Shown in pieces: positions 1 to 8,485 of a stretch of DNA of 21,440 bases (positions are counted from its first letter, which is position 1; every line of letters begins with the position of its first letter). The notes below the pieces were generated by a model that was not told the origin of the DNA, made no database searches, and saw only the letters and a list, made by a program, of their open reading frames with translations. The stretch covers positions 1 to 21,440 of the forward strand of contig NW_021823686.1 in the NCBI RefSeq assembly GCF_006345805.1, written 5' to 3'. The translations under genes and the position numbers were made by a program. Origin of the DNA: Octopus sinensis. Its lineage: Eukaryota.

Positions 1-64
1 TATCAGTGACAGTGGACGCTGGAAAAAGTATAAGTATTTGTGAAGGAAATCTAATTCTCGGCGA

Positions 65-134
65 CAACTATGATTGTCACACGCTGACGAGAGGTCAATA
101 CCTCGAAACTCGAGTCCGTGTGTATCATAAGTTG
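65..134 (+). ncRNA. Minimal type I hammerhead ribozyme (self-cleaving RNA motif)
   Basis: Stem I CACACG (78-83)/CGTGTG (117-122). Core CTGACGA (84-90). Stem II GAGGT (91-95), loop CAAT, ACCTC (100-104). GAAA (105-108). Short stem III AC-[TCGA]-GT (108-115). GUC cleavage triplet (114-116). Stem I extends via CAACTATGAT (65-74)/ATCATAAGTTG (124-134) after an internal loop. All conserved catalytic-core positions are present. Confidence 0.92.
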
Positions 135-284
135 AAGACGGGAAGATGACTTCCCTTGCCAATACTGACAGGACCACAGATAGTGTGTCTATGGCCAGCT
201 GGAGGAGTGTGTCCTCCTGGGGCTAAAAACTACAGTAGCATCCACCCTTAGGAGTTAGCCATATTGAAATGCAAAAATACGTCA

Positions 285-298
285 CTATATATATAATA

Positions 299-329
<31 letters not shown>

Positions 330-741
330 TACATATATATATATATATGTGTGTGTGTTTCACATACACATGTATATGCATAAGTATAAGCATATGTAAT
401 GCGTGTATACACATGGAAACATATACATGTATATGAGTATTATACACCCATGCATATACACATGCATACATATACATGTATATATACATAGGGTTCTCTC
501 TCATATATATTTGGTATCATATGGTATGGAGTAGACAGAAAAAAGAAAAAAATGTTGTCTATGCATGTGTGTATATGTGTGCAAAGTTGTGTATGTGTTT
601 TATACACACACACATACACACACACATGTAACAGAAAAGGTCAAAAAGTTAGTAAGAAAGATGCAAAGTTGAAAAGTTTCTGGCCAGGAGGTCAATGTCT
701 TTAGTGAATTCTTCCAAGACAGGTGAGATGTTGCTAACTTA

Positions 742-784
<43 letters not shown>

Positions 785-1020
785 ATGTATGTGTGTGTGT
801 ATATGTGTATGTATGTGTATGTATGTTGTGTGTGTATGTATGTATACACACACAGACATATATATATATATATATGGCAAAATTGCAAATATAAATATAT
901 ATATGCATGTGTGTGTGTGTGTGTGTGTGTATACACACACATACACACACCATATACATATAGATACATAGACATGTATCACACACAAGTATGTATGTAT
1001 GTATGTGTGTATATATATAT
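285..1020. repeat. Mixed (TA)n/(TG)n/(TATG)n/(CA)n microsatellite tracts
   Basis: Directly visible di- and tetranucleotide runs at about 285-510, 560-630 and 741-1020, with short unique spacers. Confidence 0.95.
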
Positions 1021-1213
1021 CATCATCATCACCATTTAATGTCTGGTTTCCGTGTTGGCATGGCTTACACAGCTTAACTGGAACTGGTAAGCTGGAGAGC
1101 TAGGTGCCACATAGAAGCTCCTGAGCCAGAGACATAAAAGGTACCCACAACGCCCTTGGAATGGCTGGTGTAAGAAAGGGCTTACAGCCGTAGAAACCAA
1201 GCTAAATTCAGAC
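1021..1213. mobile_element. Two degraded family B SINE-like fragments (minus-strand 3' end 1021-1100; plus-strand internal piece 1101-1213)
   Basis: CATCATCATC-ACCATTTAATGTC...GGCATGG resembles the tail end of the 1240 copy. TGGTGTAAGAAAGGGCTTACAGCCGTAGAAACC resembles the family B GGCGTTAGGAAGGGCATCCAGCTGTAGAAAC motif. Confidence 0.65.
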
Positions 1214-1239
1214 GCACATACACACACTATATGTACATA

Positions 1240-1625
1240 CATCATCATCGTTTAACGTCCGTTTTCCATGCTAGCATGGGTTGGACAGTTCAACTGGGGT
1301 CTAGGAAGCCAGAAGGCTGCACCAGGCTCCAATCTTGATCTGGCAGTGTTTCTACAGCTGGATGCCCTTCCTAACGCCAACCACTCCGTGAGTGTAGTGG
1401 GTGCTTTTTACGTGCCACCGGCACAGGTGCCAGATGAGGCTGGCGAACGGCCACGATCGGATGGTGCTTTTTACGTACCACCAGCACGGAGACCAGACGA
1501 GGCTGGCGAACGGTCACGATCGGATGGTGCTTTTTACGTGCCACCGGCACGGAAGCCAGTCAGGGCGGCGCTGGCTACGGCCACGTTCGGATGGTTCTCT
1601 TACGTGCCACCGGCTCTGGTATCAC
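1240..1625 (-). mobile_element. Family B SINE-like retroposon with (GAT)n tail and four ~63-bp internal tandem units
   Basis: Reverse-complement match to the 7316-7805 copy. TACGT(G/A)CCACC recurs at 1409, 1472, 1535 and 1601. (CAT)n at the left end is the 3' tail. Confidence 0.9.
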
Positions 1626-1654
1626 ATATATATAATTATATATATATATATATA

Positions 1655-1905
1655 TGTTGTGCTTGAGAAGAAGAGCCGTCAAGCTGAGCAAAATCGCAGT
1701 CCTGGCAGAGACTGGTGTCACGCAAATGGCACCCATGCCAGTGACACGTAAAAGCAACCATTACACTCTTGGAGAGGCTGGCATTAGGAAGGGCATCCAG
1801 CCATAGAAAACCATGCCAAATCAGAATGGAGCCTGGCGCAGCCTTCCAGTGTGCCAGTCCCAATCAAACTGTCCAACCCATGTCAGCATGTTAAATGACG
1901 ATGAT
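1655..1905 (+). mobile_element. Family B SINE-like copy (diverged)
   Basis: GGCATTAGGAAGGGCATCCAGCCATAGAAAACCATGCC...CCAACCCATGTCAGCATG, ending GACGATGAT. Confidence 0.85.
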
Positions 1906-1910
1906 ATACG

Positions 1911-2316
1911 CTTTACTCTCTTTTTTACTCTTTTACTTGTTTCAGTCATTTGACCGCGGCCATGCTGGAGCACCGCCTTTATCGAGCAACTTGACCCCGG
2001 ACTTATTCTTTTTGTAAGCCCAGTACTTATTCTATCGGTCTCTTTTGCCGAACCGCTAAGTGACGGGGACATAACCACACCAGCATCGGTTGTCAGCAAT
2101 GCTAGGGGGACAAACACACACACGCATATCTATATATATATATATATATACACATATATACGAAGGGCTTCTTTTCAGTTTCCGTCTACCAAATCCACTC
2201 ACAAGGCTTTGGTCGGCCCGAGGCTATAGTAGAAGACACTTACCCATGGTGCCACTTAGTGGGACTGAACCTGGAACCATGTGGTTGGTAAACAAGCTAC
2301 TTACCACACAGCCACT

Positions 2317-2319
<3 letters not shown>
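1911..2319 (-). mobile_element. Family A tRNA-derived SINE with internal (TA)/(CA) microsatellite
   Basis: Reverse-complement match to 9479-9873. The tRNA-like head (A/B boxes) is at the right end and the (AGTAAAAG)n-like tail at the left. Confidence 0.92.
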
Positions 2320-2354
<35 letters not shown>

Positions 2355-2356
<2 letters not shown>

Positions 2357-2510
2357 ACTTTGCAGAATGGTTGGTGTTAGGAAGGGCATCCAGCCGTAAG
2401 AACCCTACCAAAACAGACATAGTAGCATACGGTTGTTTTTCTACATGGCCACCTCCTGTGAACCATCCCATTCATGCATGCATGGAAGATGGATGTTAAA
2501 TGATGATGCT
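2355..2510 (+). mobile_element. Family B SINE-like 3' fragment
   Basis: GGTTGGTGTTAGGAAGGGCATCCAGCCGTAAG...GCATGGAAGATGGATGTTAAATGATGATG. Confidence 0.85.
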
Positions 2511-2648
2511 GTTTTTACACATAAATACAAATACACACACACACACATACACACAAATACACATACGCATACATACATACACAGACAACTGCAACATTGT
2601 GTAAAATATTTCAGGAGTGAATTTAATCTGTAGAATTTGTGAAGGTTT

Positions 2649-2790
2649 ATGGCCCTTTGGTTAGAGGGCTGGTTTCAAAATCAAAAGACAGATTTTGGTT
2701 CCTGGATCAGGCTGAGCCTTGTGTTCTTGAGCAAAATACTCCATTTCACATTCCTTCTGTCCACTAAGATGTAAATGAGATCTAGCAACA
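2649..2790 (+). mobile_element. Degraded tRNA-derived CORE-like SINE
   Basis: A-box-like TGGCCCTTTGGTTAGAG followed by TTGTGTTCTTGAGCAAAATACT...GTCCACTAAGATGTAAATGAG, reminiscent of the CORE-SINE central domain. Heavily diverged. Confidence 0.5.
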
Positions 2791-2814
2791 AGTTGGAGGC
2801 TATATACAAAATAA

Positions 2815-3078
2815 GGTTCCATGGTTTCCTTGGCATATAAGGTTCCCAGCCTGGATGGGATGCCAGTCCATCGCAGGTGAGCTGCAAGATGCAGGAGGAA
2901 AGAGTGAGAGAAAGTTGTGGCGAAAGAGTCAGCAGAAGTTCGCCATTACCTTCTGCCGGAGCCGCGTGGAGCTTAGGTGTTTCGCTCATAAACACACACA
3001 TTACACGGTCTGAGATTCGAACCCGCGATCCCTAGACTGCGAGTCCGCTGCTCTAACCACTAGGCCATGTGCCTCCAC
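2815..3078 (-). mobile_element. Family C tRNA-derived SINE
   Basis: Minus strand reads GTGGAGGCACA-TGGCCTAGTGG (A box)...GGTTCGAATC (B box), then a body containing CCTGCGATGGACTGGCATCCCATCCAGG, a motif I recall from V-SINE-like elements. Confidence 0.85.
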
Positions 3079-3152
3079 AGAGATGGATGTAAAAGCTATG
3101 AAGTAATGGGTTAATCAGTTTGCTTTAATTATGAAATACAGTTGTTTATTTG

Positions 3153-3277
3153 CTGCCAGAGCCGCGTGGAGCTTAGGTGTTTCGCTCATAAACACACACA
3201 TCGCCCAGTCAGAGATTCGAACCCGCGATCCTTAGACTGCGAGTCCGCTGCTCTAACCACTAGGCCATGTGCCTCCA
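3153..3277 (-). mobile_element. Family C SINE, 5' part only (second copy)
   Basis: Near-identical to 2953-3077 at a 200-bp offset, with the same A/B boxes. Confidence 0.88.
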
Positions 3278-3622
3278 TTCAGAGGCCTCTCCAAGTTCAG
3301 GGTCACTACTGACTTCCATGTCGTGAGTCGGCTACTTACTCCTTCACTAATTTGGCGACCCTCTTGAGGTCAAGGGCTCCGACCTTCATCTTGTGACTCA
3401 GCCATCTTCTAAATAGCCTAAATAAAGAGCTAATGCGTCTATCTCATCCTCGCATTTACAAGTAAACATTATCTCGAATTCTAAGTAGATACAATGGAGA
3501 TGGCTTGGCAACAAACGGCCGGAGTTTCTCTAATGTTTGTCCTTATAGATTACTTGGTCGGTCATTATTTGCTCATGGTTAATGGAAAGCAAAGAAGCAA
3601 CTAATGAGGATTGTCGTGTTAG

Positions 3623-3770
3623 TTATATATATATATATATACATACATATACATATATATATACATCTATATACATATATATATTACATATATCTATACA
3701 TATATCTATACATATATATATATATATATACATATATCTATACATATATATATATATATACATATATTCA

Positions 3771-3808
<38 letters not shown>

Positions 3809-3893
3809 CATACATATATATATACATATATATACATATATACATATATATATATATATACATAAATATACATATATATATATACATATTATT

Positions 3894-3926
<33 letters not shown>

Positions 3927-4048
3927 TAAATATACATATATATATACATATATATACATATAATATACATACATATATATACATATATACATATATATAC
4001 TATATTATGTGTATATAATATAATATATATATATATATATGCATATAT
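3623..4048. repeat. (TA)n/(TATACA)n microsatellite tract
   Basis: About 425 bp of TA repeats punctuated by CA and CT. Confidence 0.97.
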
Positions 4049-4397
4049 ATCAGAAGAAAGAGTGTTAATGTTGTTCTTGGAATTATCTTTGTATAAATGC
4101 CAAAGTTCTGTCTGTAACAGCAAGGATGTGTAGTTGCAATGTCCTATAATTTATTGAGTCAGTGACTCACTCAGAAGACTTCCTCTCTCTCTCTCTCTCT
4201 CTGTAAATATATATACGTATGTATATATACAAGAAGCAAGACAGGATGTATTAGCAATGGTTTCCCTTGTTGTGTTCTGTAGAGGACTATAGGGAAATTC
4301 TAAATTCAACACTGCAACCTAACAAAACATTTGTTCATTTTACACTGCCATTGTAACACACAGAGTTCATTATTCTATGTTTTGTCAAAGCACCATT

Positions 4398-4740
4398 TTA
4401 ACCCTTTAGCATTTGATCTGGTCATATCCAGCCTGTATACTCTACCTGTTTTATGTTCAGACTGGCCAGGTCTGGTTTCTTACACCTACCCTACAATGTC
4501 ATTCTAAATATACACAATCTGGCCCTTGTGCCGGTGGCACTTAAAAGTACCCACTACACTCTCGGAGTGGTTGGCATTAGGAAGGGCATCCAGCTGTAGA
4601 AACTCTGCCGGATCAGATTGGAACCTGGTGCAGCCATCTGGTTCGCCAGTCCTTAGTCAAATCGTCCAACCCATGCCAGCATGGAAAGCGGACGTTAAAT
4701 GATGATGATGATATAATCAAAATTTCAAAGCTACAAGATA
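4398..4740. mobile_element. Left part of a TTAA-flanked piggyBac-like MITE, interrupted by a SINE
   Basis: TTAA (4398-4401) followed by CCCTTTAGC, the TTAA+CCC terminal signature. Non-SINE sequence resumes at 4713-4740 after the family B insertion. No right terminus is seen. Confidence 0.55.
4519..4712 (+). mobile_element. Family B SINE-like copy (5'-truncated, one hairpin unit)
   Basis: GTGCCGGTGGCAC...GGCATTAGGAAGGGCATCCAGCTGTAGAAAC...GGACGTTAAATGATGATGATGAT. Confidence 0.9.
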
Positions 4741-4741
4741 A

Positions 4742-4901
4742 ACTACTCTGTAAAGCGATTGGAATTAGGAAGGGCATCCAGTTGTAGAGACCATGCCAAA
4801 ACAGACATGGAACCTAGGGCAGCTCTCCAACCTTGCCGGCCCCTGTCAAACCGTTTAATCATGCCAGCATGGAAAGCAGACATTAAATGATGATGCTGAT
4901 G
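4742..4901 (+). mobile_element. Family B SINE-like 3' fragment
   Basis: TTAGGAAGGGCATCCAGTTGTAGAG...ATGCCAGCATGGAAAGCAGACATTAAATGATGATGCTGATG. Confidence 0.85.
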
Positions 4902-5031
4902 TTTTTTTGTCGAGTATAGTTGAAAGACATCAACACTTCATATAAAGCTTCAAAAGTGATTAGATGATTGTTACAGTTAACTTCTATACAGAGTAGAAAA
5001 TCTTTCATAGAAAATGCATCCAACACCGAAA

Positions 5032-5418
5032 TCTCTCTCTATATATAAAGCTGAAGTTGTCTGTGTATGGCAGGTTTGGTAGCCTTCAACTAACACTATC
5101 TCCTCTGAAACCCTGCGGTGCAAGTTGACCAAAATTGAGAGTATGATAGAAGAAGGCTTGCTCTTCACTCTGTAGAAGAAAAAATTCAAATCAGACCATG
5201 TTAACACCAAAAATTATTTACATCAAAAAGGTGCTTTTTTTTTCTATGAAAATCCCAATTTTTTACAATTTTTTGACTGCCGTGTCGCCATTTTTCTGTG
5301 TATTTCAACTAGAAAAATGTTCACTTAAAGAGCTACATAATGCAAAAGTTTTACTTTTCAAAAATTCCAATTCTAAAGGGTCGAAACAAACCTGAGCAAT
5401 GACAGGCGATACTGCTAG
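5032..5418 (+). mobile_element. Non-autonomous Helitron (387 bp)
   Basis: 5' end TC(TC)3TATATATAAAG after host A (5031). Subterminal hairpin CCTG-AGCAATGA-CAGG (5391-5406), an 8-nt spacer, then terminal CTAG (5415-5418) followed by host T. This is an A|T insertion with no TSD. Confidence 0.75.
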
Positions 5419-5464
5419 TAAATTTATGAAATTTTAACTCTTGCCTCACAAAGAGTGAAGTAAC

Positions 5465-5596
5465 ACCATCTTCTTCATTTAATGTATGTTTTTCGTGTTG
5501 GTACAAGTTGGATGGTTTGACAGGGGCTAACCAGCTTGGGAGCTGCAACAGGCCCCAGTTGTCTGTTTTGTTTTGGTTTCTATGGCTGGATGCCCT
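5465..5596 (-). mobile_element. Degraded family B 3' fragment
   Basis: CATTTAATG...GTTGGATGGTTTGACAGG...TTTCTATGGCTGGATGCCCT. Confidence 0.75.
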
Positions 5597-5597
5597 G

Positions 5598-5892
5598 GGA
5601 CACCATCTTGAAGGGCATTTAGTAGAACAAATTAACCTTAAGGCTTACTTTATTTTAAGCCTAGTACTTATTCTATCAGTTTCTTTTGCTGAACCACTAA
5701 GTTACAGGAACATAAGCACACACACACACACATGCAATGAACTTCTTTCAGCTTTCATCAACCAAATCTACCTACGAAACTTCAGTCAGCCCGAGGCTAT
5801 AGTAAGAAGACACTTGCTCAAGGTGCCATGCTGTGGGATTGAACCCGGAACCATGTGGTTGGGAACAAGCTTCTTACCACACAGGCACGCCT
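5598..5892 (-). mobile_element. Degraded family A SINE
   Basis: AAGCCTAGTACTTATTCTATC...CCCGAGGCTATAGTAAGAAGACACTTGCTCAAGGTGCC...GAACCCGGAACCATGTGGTTGG. Confidence 0.85.
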
Positions 5893-7010
5893 AGTCAGTA
5901 AACATGGTTTGTTATTTAGTTTCGTTAGTGAGTCAATGAATATCATATACAGAAGGAAATAACATGTTCAGTGCTTGAAACTTAATACCGAAAGGTTTTT
6001 GTTATTTTTCTCTGCTCACACTTTCCCTGGATCACTTTTAGACAAACATTTGAACAACAATTGTTCAATGTTGATAAAATTATACACATGGATATCGTCT
6101 GCTTTTTGACATTGCACAGTTTTCATGGAACTTGCTATCAAAAACAAGAACCGTATAAAGTTTCTTAGTTTAGTTGATAGCTTTATTTTCACATTTTTAT
6201 ATGTTATTTTTCACTGTTCCAGTGAGAAATTAATGGCAGTAATTAGACTAGATGTTAATATAAATTAACAAGATACAAAAATTGGATTCGAAAATACATA
6301 CAAAAATGAAACAAAATGGATGCTATCGGAAGGAGAAAAATAAATGGCCGATGGGGAATGGTTAATATGAATTAATAATATTCAATCACTAGGAATATAT
6401 TTCTAAAATTTACCGCTCCTTTATTTGAGTTTTTCAAAAGCAATTATCTGAAACATTTCTCTGTATTAATATTCCTCTTTATTTTACATAAACTGGTTGT
6501 TTTAAAGCGATTTAAAATAATCTAAAGCTAATTGCGACAGACGTTTCCAACAAAAACCATTCATATATTTGGTCCCCACAGAAACGTTTGATATACTTTC
6601 CATCAAAACCAAATGTAGGCATGATTATTCAAAGGATATTATCAAAATAATTATCGGAAGCATTTACCATATTACAAATCAATAAAACGATTTCCCTGAA
6701 GATTTCTGGCTAATGCGATATTTGATATTTGACATGTTCGTAATTTATATAAATTGTTATATCCTTGTTAGGACACAGACTGATACCTCGTCAGTTGAAA
6801 ATTTAATACCATTACATAAATACTTAAATTCAATCGACTAGTAATTTGTCAACGCTCTGACATATGCTATGGTTAACTCTTTGGTCCTTGGTTTCTTTTA
6901 AAGACAATCTGATTATCTGCAACTAGGAAATACCTCTTTGTTGGGTAAGTCTAGGCAAGGGTATTTTTTTTTTTGTGTTTTTCATAAGACCAGCAGTAGT
7001 TGGCCATACA

Positions 7011-7248
7011 TACTCTTTCTTTTTTTTTTTTACTCTTTTACTTGTTTCAGTCATTTGACTGCGGCCATGCTGGAGCACTGCCTTTAGTCGAGCAAATAGA
7101 CCCCTGGACTTATTCTTTGTAAGCCTAGTACTTATTCTATTGGTCTCTTTTGCCAAACTGCTAAGTTATGGGGACGTAAACACACCAGCATCAGTTATCA
7201 AGCAATGTTGTGGGGGACAAACACAGACACACAGACATATATATACAT

Positions 7249-7316
<68 letters not shown>

Positions 7317-7924
7317 CCCACTTATGTATACCTTTCCTTCTTGTGACACAAACCCTACTTGTGAAGACCTGTTGAGGCAAGTGAACACGAAAATCAAAAT
7401 CAAAATCAATAGAAATTGTAGCTGTGATACCAGTGCCGATGGCACGTAAGAGAAACATCTGAACGTGGCCATTGCCAGCGCCGCCCCAACTGGCCTCCGT
7501 GCCAGTGGCACGTAAAATGCACCATCTGATTGTGGCTGTTGCCAGCCTCATCCGGCCCCTGTGCCAGTGGCACGTAAAAAGTACCATCTGATCGTGGCCG
7601 TTTGCCAGCCTCGTCTGGCACCTGTGCAGGTGGCACGTAAAAAGCACCCACTACACTCAAGGAGTGGTTGGCGTTAGGAAGGGCATCCAGCTGTAGAAAC
7701 ACTGCCAGATCAGACTGGGCCTGGTGCAGCCTTCTGGCTTCCCAGACCCCAGTTGAACCGTCCAACCCATGCTAGCATGGAAAACGAACGCTAAACGATG
7801 ATGATATATAATATATATACACACATATATATTTATACATATATATGACGGGCTTTTTTCAGTTTCCATCTACCACATCCTCTCACAAGGCTTTGGTCGG
7901 CCTGAGGCTATAGTAGAAGTACTT
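7011..7924 (-). mobile_element. Family A SINE split by a nested family B insertion; tRNA head missing
   Basis: The 3' half (7011-7315) and 5'-side remainder (7806-7924) are collinear with other A copies and are separated inside the internal (TA)n tract. Confidence 0.88.
7316..7805 (+). mobile_element. Longest family B copy (four hairpin units, (GAT)n tail)
   Basis: GTGCCnnTGGCACGTAA-type units at about 7433, 7499, 7561 and 7624. GGCGTTAGGAAGGGCATCCAGCTGTAG. Ends AAACGATGATGAT. No pol III A/B boxes are seen at its 5' end. Confidence 0.9.
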
Positions 7925-7927
7925 GGG

Positions 7928-8405
7928 AAGCAATCAGCTGAATCAAAAACCAATCATGTGGCATTGCTTCCACAGCTGACTCATGTAGCATTTAGCAGTC
8001 TTCATTGTTACTTCAGTGGACTCAACAAGCAATCAGGCAATTTTATCTCAGCTGACTTAAGAAGTAACTAGCAATCAGCAAGCAATCAGGTGACATTGCA
8101 CTTTCAGCTGATTAATGTAGCAGCCAGCAATTGACATTGCTACCTCAGATAAAGCAACAAGCAGTCAGGTGATACTGCTTTCTCAGAACGTAATTTCGTC
8201 TGACGTTACGTTCTGAGTTCAAATTCCGCCGAGGTCGACTTTGCCTTTCATCCTTTTGGGGTCGATTAAATAAGTACCAGTTACGCACTGGGGTCGATAT
8301 AATCGACTTAATCCATTTGTCTGTCCTTGTTTGTCCTCTCTGTGTTTAGCCCCTTGTGGGTAGTAAAGAAATAGATATTGCTTTCTCAGCTGATTCCTGT
8401 AGTTG
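7928..8405. repeat. Degenerate minisatellite (AGCAATCAGGTGACATTGCTTTCTCAGCTGA-like units), interrupted by a SINE
   Basis: Recurring AGCAATCAG, (G)ACATTGC and TCAGCTGA motifs at 7928-8186, resuming at 8374-8405. Confidence 0.7.
8187..8373 (+). mobile_element. Family D tRNA-derived SINE, 5'-truncated, with 16-bp TSD
   Basis: B-box-like GAGTTCAAATTCC, then GAGGTCGACTTTGCCTTTCATCCTTTTGGGGTCGAT...TAAGTACCAG. Flanked by GATACTGCTTTCTCAG (8171-8186) and GATATTGCTTTCTCAG (8374-8389). Confidence 0.85.
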
Positions 8406-8485
8406 CCAACGATATACGTTGCTACCCCATGGAGCCATGTGGTTGGGAAGCAAGCTTCTTAACATACCTGCACCTATATATGTAG

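Noticed and set aside
1430-1515. CAGATGAG...CGAAC in family B units resembling a hammerhead core
   Set aside because: CAGA instead of CUGA, GAAC instead of GAAA, and no proper stem II. The region instead forms the GCCAG/CTGGC hairpin.
1268-1666. ORF with repeated DGAFYVPPA motif (also 7406-7765 and 19777-19985)
   Set aside because: It is the antisense reading of the family B 63-bp units. The unit length is a multiple of 3, and other copies break the frame.
3005-3078. tRNA gene on the minus strand (also 3205-3277 and 9485-9560)
   Set aside because: A and B boxes are present, but acceptor and T stems do not pair properly and the sequence continues into SINE bodies.
6760-6800. Second hammerhead candidate (CTGACGAG on the minus strand)
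   Set aside because: No stem II followed by GAAA, and no closing stem.
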